From the IMG/VR virus record IMGVR_UViG_3300044799_000342, positions 1 to 51,547 of that record: 51,547 nucleotides of DNA; one strand, 5' to 3'. The stretch is from a virus. Its lineage: Duplodnaviria > Caudoviricetes. Of the stretch, positions 27,509-35,728 are shown piece by piece. The position numbers and the translations under genes were made by a program. Below the pieces are notes generated by a model. That model worked only from the letters and a program-made list of their open reading frames with translations. It did no database searches and was not told where the DNA came from. How positions within the stretch are numbered: position 1 is the stretch's first letter; the number at the start of each line of letters is the position of its first letter.

Positions 27509-27741
27509 TGCGGTACTCCTTTTCGCTTTATCTGCACCTTCCAAACGCCGATCCTGCGCCTGCATTGCATGCAGGTCACTTCCGATAGCCGGCCTCCTTC
27601 GATCAACCAGGCGTCGCGACGCCGGTGGCTGTGGCCGCAGAGCGTCTTGAAGGCACCGGTCGAATCACAACTGATCGGCAGGTGCCACACCTTGCCGCCG
27701 CGCAGCAAAACTATCGGCACGGTGGGGTTACCTTTGGCCAT
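27478..27741 (-). CDS. Hypothetical Zn-binding protein
   Basis: WH...TLCG...VTCMQC. Confidence 0.5.
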   Translation of the reverse strand: MAKGNPTVPIVLLRGGKVWHLPISCDSTGAFKTLCGHSHRRRDAWLIEGGRLSEVTCMQCRRRIGVWKVQIKRKGVPQCLTDSTGSH

Positions 27742-27970
27742 TGCATCTCTTTCCAGCCACGCGACGGCGCCCCCGCCACAGCCGGCCGTTTGCCCGCGTG
27801 ATGTAGATGTTCCGGTGCCCGTTCTTGAACAAGTCCATCCGCTGAGCGCCGCAGGGGCAGGCGTAGCCCTCGGTCTTGGCGTATAGGTGGCCAATCTGTG
27901 CCACCACGTTGCCAGGATCGCCCTCGGGGTCGATGGGTGCCGCTGGTGCCCAGTTATGCCGGTGGGGCAT
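27728..27970 (-). CDS. Hypothetical protein
   Basis: H.H.W...C.CG. Confidence 0.5.
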   Translation of the reverse strand: MPHRHNWAPAAPIDPEGDPGNVVAQIGHLYAKTEGYACPCGAQRMDLFKNGHRNIYITRANGRLWRGRRRVAGKRCNGQR

Positions 27971-28175
27971 ATCGCGTCCGCCCTTCTGCCCGCGCAGCCG
28001 CACCGGCCTTCATGATCAGTGCATAGCACGCCCTGGCCACGACCAGGCGGCCACTGAAGTACAGCGGGAAGTGTCCTCGCCGCAAGACAGGACCAACGGC
28101 GTTGAACAGTTGGCCGCAGGCGGCGTCCGCCATATCGAACGGCGGCAGATCGGCAGGTTCGTGGTTCGCAGTCAA
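27954..28175 (-). CDS. Hypothetical protein
   Basis: TTG start with AAGGAGG SD. Confidence 0.5.
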   Translation of the reverse strand: MTANHEPADLPPFDMADAACGQLFNAVGPVLRRGHFPLYFSGRLVVARACYALIMKAGAAARAEGRTRYAPPA

Positions 28176-28233
28176 CTTCGCCCTCCTTCCGGCGCTAACG
28201 CCTGCCCAGGCCCGCGCCTGGGCTCATGGTCAG

Positions 28234-28262
28234 AGTCTAACCGCCACGGTTAGGCTTGTCAA
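28234..28262 (-). promoter_or_regulatory. Sigma70 promoter + palindromic operator
   Basis: TTGACA-17-TAGACT; TAACCGCCACGGTTA at 28238-28252. Confidence 0.75.
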
Positions 28263-28321
28263 GTCCTGGTCGGCTCTATTTAGGGCCATTCGGGAACTAT
28301 TTTCGCAGGTTGGGGCTTCTA

Positions 28322-28936
28322 TCAGCCCCAACAGGCCCGCCAACCGGCCGAACTTGCGGGGTCGATCTGGCGAATCCAGCACGCGGCGGCCCATCCCTGC
28401 TCGAAAGGATCCCGCCAGTCCGCCCCTAGGCGTGCGCATTTGGGCCAGGTATCGTCGCTGAACTGCAGGAGTCCCTTCTGGCCGGCGTCGCTGATTGTGT
28501 CGGGGTGCCAATGGGATTCGCAAGGGATCACCACATCCAGCAGGCGGGGGAGTAACGCCGCCGGCCCACCGGCGGCGTTATAGCCGGCGGTGAAGGCGGC
28601 GGCAAGGTTGGCCGGCCCCGCAAGCGGCGGGGTTGCCGTTGGGGCCGGCGCGACCGGCGGGGCTATTTCTTCCGTTCGATCTTGTACAGCAATGGACGGG
28701 GTGCCGGATAGTGCGGCAATCCCCGCGCCTGCGCTATCGCGTTGTATTGCGTCCGCTCCAGGGCCTCGGCGGCCCGCGATTGGCGCTCCAGACGCCGCAC
28801 CATGGGCGCTTGAATTCGCAACCGCGACCTGGCTAACCACCACCCGAGCCCCATGATCAACACCGCCAGGACGATTCCGGTCAGAAGGTGATTCATTGGC
28901 ACCTCCCTTAAGGGCAACTAGCGCCAGCGCCACCAT
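28322..28936 (-). CDS. Lytic transglycosylase (SLT/Rpf-like); 5' end possibly frameshifted
   Basis: VIPCES...GLLQF...TW motif; hydrophobic N-terminus; Pro/Ala linker. Confidence 0.7.
   Translation of the reverse strand: MVALALVALKGGANESPSDRNRPGGVDHGARVVVSQVAVANSSAHGAASGAPIAGRRGPGADAIQRDSAGAGIAALSGTPSIAVQDRTEEIAPPVAPAPTATPPLAGPANLAAAFTAGYNAAGGPAALLPRLLDVVIPCESHWHPDTISDAGQKGLLQFSDDTWPKCARLGADWRDPFEQGWAAACWIRQIDPASSAGWRACWG
28663..28896 (-). CDS. Possible nested membrane protein (alternative frame)
   Basis: GGAGG-5-ATG; MNHLLTGIVLAVLIMGLGWWLARSR TM segment. Confidence 0.35.
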   Translation of the reverse strand: MNHLLTGIVLAVLIMGLGWWLARSRLRIQAPMVRRLERQSRAAEALERTQYNAIAQARGLPHYPAPRPLLYKIERKK

Positions 28937-28990
28937 GCCTCCAAGCAGTAGGCGCTGCCGGTGCTGGCCGTCTATTGATCCTCTCTCCTA

Positions 28991-29152
28991 CTATGGGCGT
29001 TCACATCGCCCTCCTTCCGGTGTCGGTCGGGCGGCCGGGTCAAGGTCAAACCCGTCCAGCCCCAGTTCAGCCGCCACGGCGGCCACCAGCGCGGGCGGCG
29101 CGCTCCACTCGGTCTTGCCGCTGGACTGGTTGCCGTTACGATTCTTTCCCAT
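28991..29152 (-). pseudogene. Truncated phage N6-adenine methyltransferase (Dam-like N-terminus)
   Basis: EWSAPP.LV......FDLDPAA then stop; no NPP(Y/F) catalytic motif. Confidence 0.55.
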
Positions 29153-29288
29153 CGATGCCCTCCTCCTTGCCTGAAAGGCCGCCTGAACACCCAGGCTAAC
29201 CATATGTGCATGCGCCGGCGCACCTTACGGTGGCCCGCGATCCTGCCCTTGTTGGTGCCAGCGCGCCGGTTGTGCGCCGTGCCATCGT

Positions 29289-31442
29289 TCAGGACAGGCT
29301 GGCCCTTGAACCAGTTGCCGTCTTCGTTACGGTGATCACCTGCGGGAACAACTCCCGTAGGTCGTCGATATGGCTGATCACCATGATCAGTCGAAATTGC
29401 GCTTTCACCGTCGCCAAGGCTTCCACCAGGCCCGTCCGGCCATTGCCATCCTGGCTGCCAAAACCCTCGTCCACTATCAGCACTTCGCATGGCGCCTGTG
29501 CCCTCCTGGCAAGCAACCGCGAAAGGGCAATCCGTATGGCGAAGTCGATCCTGAACCGCTCCCCGCCGCTGTAATTCTCGTAAGGACGGGTGCCCTGGGC
29601 ATCGGCAATGATCACGTCCAGAGTTTCGATCTGCCGCCCCGTCGTCTTGCCGGCGCGCTGCGTCGTCAGTTCAATGGTCGTCCCGCTGGCCATAAGGGCC
29701 AGCAGCCGGTTCGCCTCGTCGGTGATCTGCGGCAGGGCCGCGTCGATCAGCATGGCCTGTATCCCGCGCGGGCCAAAGGTGGCCTCAAGTTGTTCCCACA
29801 GGCTGGCGTAGTCGGCCACGACGGCCCGTGATTGGCGGGTCTGATCGGCACTCGCCCTGGTGCGGGCCACCGCTTCCAGTTGCCCCTCAAGGTTGCACCG
29901 GCGGGCGTTCTGTTCGTCCAGCGACGCCTGGCGCAGTCGCAATTCGTTGGCCCACCGGTCAAGATCGGCCTTGGCATCGCCTTCGATCTCCATGGCACTC
30001 TGTAGGGCCTTGATGCGCATGCCTCGGCCGGCCAGTTCGCTCTGGCCAACTTGCTTTGACCGCAGAAGATCGCGCTGCAACGATTGCAGTTGATCGGCGC
30101 TGGCAATTTGCTGTTCGGCCCCCGCCACAGCCGCCTTGTACTCGGGCAGTTCTCGGGCAGCTGTCCGTGCTTCCGCTAGGGCTTCACCATCAACCGCAGG
30201 CATCGCCCGCAAGTGATCCTCGGCCTCGCCCGTCGCCTGAGCGGCATTAGCCAGGGCTTTACCAGCCACCCGTAAAGCTTCGGTCGTCATGGTGCGCCGG
30301 CTTTCGAGATCGGCCACCATCTTGTCGTAGGCTTCGCCTTTCACCTCCTGGCCGCATGTTGGGCAGCGTTTCAGATCGGTCGGGGCCGCTGGCAGGGCTT
30401 GCAGGGCCGCCTCAGCGGCCGCCACGGCTCCTTCCAGCGCCGGCAGGCGGCCCTGGGCCTGGCTGTGCACTGCCTCGGCCAGCGCCCGCGCCTGGGCCTG
30501 TTCCTGTAGGGGAGCGAAGCGCGCCGCTGCCGTCTCGCAGTTGCGCAGGGCCAGCCGCAAGTTGCCAATCCGTTCCAGCGTGGGCAGGTTGAAAAGGCTG
30601 GTGGTGATCTCGGCCAAGCGGCCTTCTGTGGCCTCCATGTCGACCGTCTGCCGCCGATTTGCCTCCACTATAGCGCCCAACTCGGCTTTTAGCCCTGCCT
30701 GGCGCTGTCGGCGATCCTGTACCGTGTCAAGGGCAATCCGCGCTTCCTCCACGGCCGCAATCAGGGCCGGCCGTTGTTCCTCAATGGCCGCCACCAACTG
30801 GTCAAGGCCGCTGGCACGCTGCAGTTCTTCCGCTGCTGCTGCCAGCGAGGCGTCGGCAGCCGCCAGATCGGCCTGTGACGCCCGTAGGCGCTCGTGGGCA
30901 ACCGTGGCCCAGTCCTGCCAGGCGGTCAACCCCAACAGCGACACCAACACGTCCTTGCGGGCGCCTGGGGCCGCCGTGGTGAACTGATCGGCCTGGCCTT
31001 GGATCAGGCAAGCGGTGTGGGTGAAGGTCTTGTAGTCCATGCCGCAGGCGGCGTTGATCGCCTCCTGGGTTTCGCGGATCGTCTCGCGCGTCAAATCCTG
31101 GTAGCCAGTGTCGTAGGTCGATCCGTAAAGTTGGAAGGCCAGGGCACTCACGCCAGCGCGCCCGTCGCGTGGTAGCCGGCGCCGGCGCACCACGCCGTGC
31201 AGTTGGCCGCCGGCCTCAAACTGCACCTCCACCTCGCACTCGTCGGCGCCCTGGCGCACCAGGTCGTCGTCGCTGCGGCCCCGCGCCTCGCCCCACAGGC
31301 ACCAGGTAAGGGCGTCGACCGCCAGCGCGGACTTGCCGGCGCCGTTCTCGCCGGCCAGGGCTACCAGGTGGCAGCCGGTATAATCGATCTCCGTCGCCTC
31401 GTACGACAGAAAGTTGGTCAGCCTGATCCGTGTCGGTAACAT
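29289..31442 (-). CDS. sbcC: SbcC/Rad50-like SMC ATPase
   Basis: NFLSY, GENGAGKS, CPTC zinc hook, YSGGE, VDEGFG, ISH. Confidence 0.92.
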   Translation of the reverse strand: MLPTRIRLTNFLSYEATEIDYTGCHLVALAGENGAGKSALAVDALTWCLWGEARGRSDDDLVRQGADECEVEVQFEAGGQLHGVVRRRRLPRDGRAGVSALAFQLYGSTYDTGYQDLTRETIRETQEAINAACGMDYKTFTHTACLIQGQADQFTTAAPGARKDVLVSLLGLTAWQDWATVAHERLRASQADLAAADASLAAAAEELQRASGLDQLVAAIEEQRPALIAAVEEARIALDTVQDRRQRQAGLKAELGAIVEANRRQTVDMEATEGRLAEITTSLFNLPTLERIGNLRLALRNCETAAARFAPLQEQAQARALAEAVHSQAQGRLPALEGAVAAAEAALQALPAAPTDLKRCPTCGQEVKGEAYDKMVADLESRRTMTTEALRVAGKALANAAQATGEAEDHLRAMPAVDGEALAEARTAARELPEYKAAVAGAEQQIASADQLQSLQRDLLRSKQVGQSELAGRGMRIKALQSAMEIEGDAKADLDRWANELRLRQASLDEQNARRCNLEGQLEAVARTRASADQTRQSRAVVADYASLWEQLEATFGPRGIQAMLIDAALPQITDEANRLLALMASGTTIELTTQRAGKTTGRQIETLDVIIADAQGTRPYENYSGGERFRIDFAIRIALSRLLARRAQAPCEVLIVDEGFGSQDGNGRTGLVEALATVKAQFRLIMVISHIDDLRELFPQVITVTKTATGSRASLS

Positions 31443-31460
31443 GGGCGTCTCCTTGCCGGT

Positions 31461-31489
31461 AGTCTAACCGTGGCGGTTGTTACTGGCAA
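31461..31489 (-). promoter_or_regulatory. Sigma70 promoter + operator upstream of sbcC
   Basis: TTGCCA-17-TAGACT; TAACCGTGGCGGTTG at 31465-31479. Confidence 0.7.
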
Positions 31490-31490
31490 T

Positions 31491-31522
31491 GCGGCCCGCC
31501 GCCTCTAACAACGGCGGGCCGC
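31491..31522. terminator. GC-rich hairpin
   Basis: 11-bp stem GCGGCCCGCCG/CGGCGGGCCGC. Confidence 0.45.
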
Positions 31523-31536
31523 CACGACGTGGGTAT

Positions 31537-31827
31537 CTATTCCTGGTCTGGGGCCATCAGAAGGAAGGGCCGCTTTGCTGCCTCATTGCCCCGCGAGCCG
31601 TACTTGTACTGCATCTCGACAACCTTGAGCAGTTTACCGGCAGCGTTGCAGGCGGCGTTAACGACCTGCGGTGTCATGGTGCCCTCGACGACGGCTGAGA
31701 CGAGGGCCGACATTAACTGGGCACACTCCTCCCCCGTTCGTACTCCCGCCTTCGCGATTGCAATAGCTCGGGATTCCGAATTAGGCTCCTGATCTCCTGC
31801 AGCCACTTTTGTGCTTCCCTGACACAT
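31537..31827 (-). CDS. Hypothetical protein
   Basis: Helical protein ...NAACNAAGKLLKVVEMQYKYG; overlaps the 3' end of the Cys-rich ORF. Confidence 0.55.
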   Translation of the reverse strand: MCQGSTKVAAGDQEPNSESRAIAIAKAGVRTGEECAQLMSALVSAVVEGTMTPQVVNAACNAAGKLLKVVEMQYKYGSRGNEAAKRPFLLMAPDQE

Positions 31828-32381
31828 TCGATTTGCCTTTTCCTTTCTTGTGATCTCAACTCCCAAGCGCCATCCGGCGAATGCAGCCATCGTTGGTATT
31901 CGGCCTCGCGCCGCCGCCGCGCCCGCTCCCGTAGATAGGGTTCGATCTTACGCAACCGCTCTTGCCGCCGTGTTAGTTGGGCCTCCTCTCGACGAAATTG
32001 GCGCTGCCAGTCCCTGTGGTCTTGCCGTCGGCAACGCCAACATATCTCGTTATCGCGGTAATTCCAGCCCTTCTTGTGCTGACTCCGGTTCCATTCGAGA
32101 TTGCGAAGGTTGCGCTGGCACCACCCGCGATAACCCCACGAACCTGGGCGGGCACCGCTTTGCAATTTCAGGTCGCCGCAGACGCCACTCTTGCAATAGG
32201 AACAATGGTAGAGCATCCGGCGGCAACCGAGTCGGGGGTGATAGCGGCGCTCGACCCCGCAGCGAAGGCACCTTCGCTGCTTGCGGCAATAGAAAGCGAT
32301 ATGCCCCCATTGCCGGCAGTTGTCGCACCAAGGACAGGCGTTTGCATAATGCCTTTCACCGCCACATTTAGAACAAATCAC
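31713..32381 (-). CDS. Cys/Arg-rich zinc-knuckle-like protein
   Basis: CSKCGGERHYANAC and CDNCRQWGHIAFYC (CCHC) plus further CxxC pairs. Confidence 0.5.
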   Translation of the reverse strand: MICSKCGGERHYANACPWCDNCRQWGHIAFYCRKQRRCLRCGVERRYHPRLGCRRMLYHCSYCKSGVCGDLKLQSGARPGSWGYRGWCQRNLRNLEWNRSQHKKGWNYRDNEICWRCRRQDHRDWQRQFRREEAQLTRRQERLRKIEPYLRERARRRREAEYQRWLHSPDGAWELRSQERKRQIECVREAQKWLQEIRSLIRNPELLQSRRREYERGRSVPS

Positions 32382-32387
32382 GATTGA

Positions 32388-33638
32388 CTACTGTCCAGCC
32401 CCCATCAGGGTCAGCCCTTCATCCTGCAGCCGGCCACGGCGCTGCTCGTTGGGTTCCGATTGCGCCAGGTAGGCGCGCAGGATTTCCGCCGGCGGTGCGC
32501 CAGCCACGTCCGTGCCCTCCCAGCGGCGGTCGGCCTGGGGCGCGTTGCGTTCAATGCCCGCCACCCACCAAGCACCGGCGGCGTCAAGGGCGCGCTCGGC
32601 TTCCAGTTGGTCGAAGGCGGCCGCCTGCTCGGCCGTGGCGAAGTGCAGTCGGCAACGAACGACAGCGCCTTGGACATCGGCGCCACCCACGAAGGCGCGG
32701 AACCAATCGTTAACGGCTGCAGGTTCCGTCGTCGGCAATAGGTCGTATTCCAGCGTCCGGAACGGCCGGTCGTCCAGCAGGTGAGGCACCAGGCTGGTGC
32801 AACGCTGGCCGGCGGGTAGGCTGGGATCGAGTTCAAACGACCAGAACATCTTGTCCTGGCCCTCCTCGCCGAAGTCGATCCGCGCCATGCTGCCGCAGTA
32901 GAAGGCCGGCATGGGCGCCGGCAGCACTTTCCCCCAGTGGTAGTGGCCCATGATCGCCAGGTCACAGGGCGGCAGATCGGCGCCCGTGATCGTCGGCTCA
33001 TAGCCCATAGTCATCCACTGTTCGCTGGCGCGGTCGGCGCCGGCGAAGGCCAGGTGGCCCAGCAAGATCGTCGGCCAGGCGTCGTGCGTTCGCTTGCTGC
33101 CCAGGTCGGCAATCTCGCGCTGCAGGGCCTCATTGGCGGCCGCGATCAGTTGATCGTAGGGCAGGCCCTCGGCGTCGCTGATCAGGTGCTTCACCCGTGC
33201 CCAGGGCACCGCGATCACCCAGCAGGTCTTGCCGCCGGCCAGGCGGATCGCCCGCGTCTCGGGCTGGTTGAAACCTAAAACGCCGTAGTCGTCGCCGTAA
33301 CAGGTGATCGTGTCGATCACGTTGGCGCGGCCTGGCGTGCTGTCGCCTTCGTGGTTGCCCTGGTCGATCAGCACCACAATACCGGCGCGTTGCAGCCGGC
33401 GGATTTGCTCCATCACGGGGGCCAGGATGCGCTGCGGCGGGTTGCGGCTCTTGAACATGTCGCCGGCGAAGGCAAACAGATCGACCGGCTCCTTGATCGC
33501 CCAGTCCACGGCCTGGCCGAAGTTGCGCAGGTAGTCCTGCACGCGGTAGGGCAGGCCATCGGGGTTGTCGCCGCCTACGTTGTCGATCCCCACGTGCAGG
33601 TCGGCGCACGCGACGCCCTTGATGATGGTGCTACTCAT
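32388..33638 (-). CDS. sbcD: SbcD/Mre11-like nuclease
   Basis: ADLHVG, AGDMF, GNHE, MGHYH, YCGS..RIDFGE. Confidence 0.92.
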   Translation of the reverse strand: MSSTIIKGVACADLHVGIDNVGGDNPDGLPYRVQDYLRNFGQAVDWAIKEPVDLFAFAGDMFKSRNPPQRILAPVMEQIRRLQRAGIVVLIDQGNHEGDSTPGRANVIDTITCYGDDYGVLGFNQPETRAIRLAGGKTCWVIAVPWARVKHLISDAEGLPYDQLIAAANEALQREIADLGSKRTHDAWPTILLGHLAFAGADRASEQWMTMGYEPTITGADLPPCDLAIMGHYHWGKVLPAPMPAFYCGSMARIDFGEEGQDKMFWSFELDPSLPAGQRCTSLVPHLLDDRPFRTLEYDLLPTTEPAAVNDWFRAFVGGADVQGAVVRCRLHFATAEQAAAFDQLEAERALDAAGAWWVAGIERNAPQADRRWEGTDVAGAPPAEILRAYLAQSEPNEQRRGRLQDEGLTLMGAGQ

Positions 33639-34270
33639 CGGGTGCCTCCTGCAGTGAGTCGTTCGATCAGCCATAAGCACTGTTCCCGATAGGCGGCGTC
33701 CCTGGCGGCGTCCCAGGCGGCGTCCCTGGCGGCGTCCCAGGCGGCGTCCCAGGCGGCGTCCCTGGTGGCGGTCCTGGCGGCGTCCCTGGCGGCGTCCCAG
33801 GCGGCGTCCCAGGCGGCGTCCCTGGTGGCGGTCCTGGCGGCGGTCCTGGCGGCGGTCCTGGCGGCGTCCCTGGCGGCGGCCCAGGCGGCGGTCCTGGCGG
33901 CGTCCCTGGCGGCGGTCCTGGCGGCGTCCCTGGCGGCGCTGAGAATCTCCTGCGCTTTGGACAGGTCCGCCCAGTCGATGCCAGCAATTGCAGCAGCGTG
34001 ATCCTTGAGTCCGGCGTGTTCAAAGAGCGCAATGATATTCGGATGTCGCTGCCGGAGTGTGAAGACCAGGAATTCACGCCGCAAGTCGCTATCGGCGAGA
34101 TGCAAGAGCGACCACAGCCTGCTAAGACCCGCTTCTATGGCCTTGTCTAAATCGGCCTCCGTGAGGTCGGAACCGTCGGGAAAGATTCGCTCGAAGATTT
34201 CCTGTTGATCTCCGCAAGCGCCCTGCTTCCGCAACCACTCGATTGTGATAGCCTTTATGGTGCTATTCAC
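33635..34270 (-). CDS. Hypothetical protein with AA(R/W)(D/T) tetrapeptide repeats
   Basis: LRKQGAC N-terminus; ~20 four-residue repeats. Confidence 0.7.
   Translation of the reverse strand: MNSTIKAITIEWLRKQGACGDQQEIFERIFPDGSDLTEADLDKAIEAGLSRLWSLLHLADSDLRREFLVFTLRQRHPNIIALFEHAGLKDHAAAIAGIDWADLSKAQEILSAARDAARTAARDAARTAAWAAARDAARTAARTAARTATRDAAWDAAWDAARDAARTATRDAAWDAAWDAARDAAWDAARDAAYREQCLWLIERLTAGGTR
33692..33938. repeat. 12-bp unit tandem repeat (~20 units)
   Basis: GGCGGCGTCCC(A/T) and GGCGGCGGTCCT variants. Confidence 0.9.
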
Positions 34271-34526
34271 CCGACACCTCCTGGCGGCGTCCGTACTTTG
34301 CCACCAAATCCCTGGCCACCTTCTGGAATTGGATCATGGGCTTTAGCACTTCGCGCCATTCCTGAATGCTGGGCGCGTTTTCGAGCCAGGCCGTGGGGTC
34401 AAGGATCGGCCCCAGCACGTCAACGCGCTCAATCTGCTCGGCCATTTCCTGGAGCGGTAGGTCGACCACCACCTGCATGATCAGGCCGATCTTCATTTGA
34501 GTTGCCCTCAGTTCTTCGACAAGCAT
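34263..34526 (-). CDS. Hypothetical protein
   Basis: AAGGAG SD; GPILDPT motif. Confidence 0.6.
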   Translation of the reverse strand: MLVEELRATQMKIGLIMQVVVDLPLQEMAEQIERVDVLGPILDPTAWLENAPSIQEWREVLKPMIQFQKVARDLVAKYGRRQEVSGE

Positions 34527-34568
34527 ACCGTCTCCTTTTGGCTGTTAACTCCCTCGGTTTGCCCCGCC

Positions 34569-34598
34569 AGTCTAACCGCTGCGGTTAGTTACTGTCAA
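34569..34598 (-). promoter_or_regulatory. Sigma70 promoter + operator
   Basis: TTGACA-18-TAGACT; TAACCGCTGCGGTTA at 34573-34587. Confidence 0.75.
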
Positions 34599-35014
34599 GG
34601 GTTGTTGAGCATTTTGTTGAGGTAGGCGGCCGGCGATTTCAGATGCGGGTTGGGGATGCGGCTCTCCACCGTTTCGATGATCCGCGTGCCGTTGGGGCCA
34701 GGCCGCCCCACTTGGTGCTCCTGCCACACCATGATCCCGTCGTGGATCGCGGCCAGGATCGCCTGGGTGCCGTGTTTGCGGACGAAATGTTCAGCGCCAA
34801 ACTGGAAGCCTAGCGTCCGCCGTAAATAACGCGCCAGGCGCCGGTCAGTGGCCGTCAGCGGGCGCGGCGGCTGTAGGGCAGGGTTCGGTACTGGTAGGCG
34901 TCTCAGGGCAGGCTGTGGGGCTGCTGTGGGGTCTTCTTGTTCGTCGGGGAGTGCATACTGGGGGGCGCCGATGGACATGACACGGGGGGGCAGTTTTCGG
35001 ACCGGTTGCGCCAT
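34595..35014 (-). CDS. Hypothetical protein, C-terminus resembling replication-initiator tails
   Basis: KSPAAYLNKML at C-terminus. Confidence 0.5.
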   Translation of the reverse strand: MAQPVRKLPPRVMSIGAPQYALPDEQEDPTAAPQPALRRLPVPNPALQPPRPLTATDRRLARYLRRTLGFQFGAEHFVRKHGTQAILAAIHDGIMVWQEHQVGRPGPNGTRIIETVESRIPNPHLKSPAAYLNKMLNNP

Positions 35015-35060
35015 GGATACGGCTTCCTTTCCGCTGGTGTAAACGGGCCTTGGGGAGATG

Positions 35061-35099
35061 ATGTGGGGCGAGCGTAAAGCCCGCCCCACATTGCGTCAA
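35061..35099 (-). promoter_or_regulatory. Sigma70-like promoter overlapped by hairpin
   Basis: TTGACG-17-TACGCT; ATGTGGGGCG..CGCCCCACAT inverted repeat. Confidence 0.45.
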
Positions 35100-35119
35100 G
35101 TCCCTAAAGTGTATATGCG

Positions 35120-35719
35120 CTAGATCGTTTCCTCCAGCGTATCCTGCTCGCGCAGGCGCGCCTCGGCATTGATCGCCAGGCACAGCGGGCAGGCCCAGTC
35201 CGGTTGCTTGTCGTGTTGACCGGCCTCGTGATCGGCGATGATCCGGTCGAGATCCTGCGCCGCTGGCATGCCGCCTTCCATCCCCAGCTGCACGCCGGCA
35301 ATGCGGAAGGCCGCGCCGCACTTTTGCCCCTGGGCGCGCCATAGATTGGGCAGGCAGGCAGCGTCCAACTGCTCGGCATCGAACTTCACCTGCAGGATTT
35401 GTGCGCCACCAGTTTCCTTGGGCTGGAAGCCGCTGATCCGGCCCGACAGCATTATCTCGAAGATGGGGGCTGGCCCCCAGCCGCGCAGAGTTAGCACCTC
35501 GCGCAGCCGTTCGAGGAAGATGGCCAGCGGTTCGGTGGCCAAGGCCACCATTTCCCCCTCCGTCCGTGCTTCGCCCTCCGGAACGGACAGATCGACGTTC
35601 TGCGTCAGTGTGTCCACCAGAGCGCCCACGTCGACGCGGCTATCGAGGTATTCCAATGCCAACCTGTAGCCAGTGGTGTCTGGATCGAGCGGCTTCTTAT
35701 TCGGTATTCCTCTGGGCAT
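35120..35719 (-). CDS. Hypothetical protein
   Basis: AAGGAGG SD; C-terminal H...H...CPLC. Confidence 0.6.
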   Translation of the reverse strand: MPRGIPNKKPLDPDTTGYRLALEYLDSRVDVGALVDTLTQNVDLSVPEGEARTEGEMVALATEPLAIFLERLREVLTLRGWGPAPIFEIMLSGRISGFQPKETGGAQILQVKFDAEQLDAACLPNLWRAQGQKCGAAFRIAGVQLGMEGGMPAAQDLDRIIADHEAGQHDKQPDWACPLCLAINAEARLREQDTLEETI

Positions 35720-35728
35720 CAGTCCTCC

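Noticed and set aside
33692-33938. Repeat array as CRISPR
   Set aside because: Contiguous 12-bp units with no spacers, inside a CDS; no cas genes
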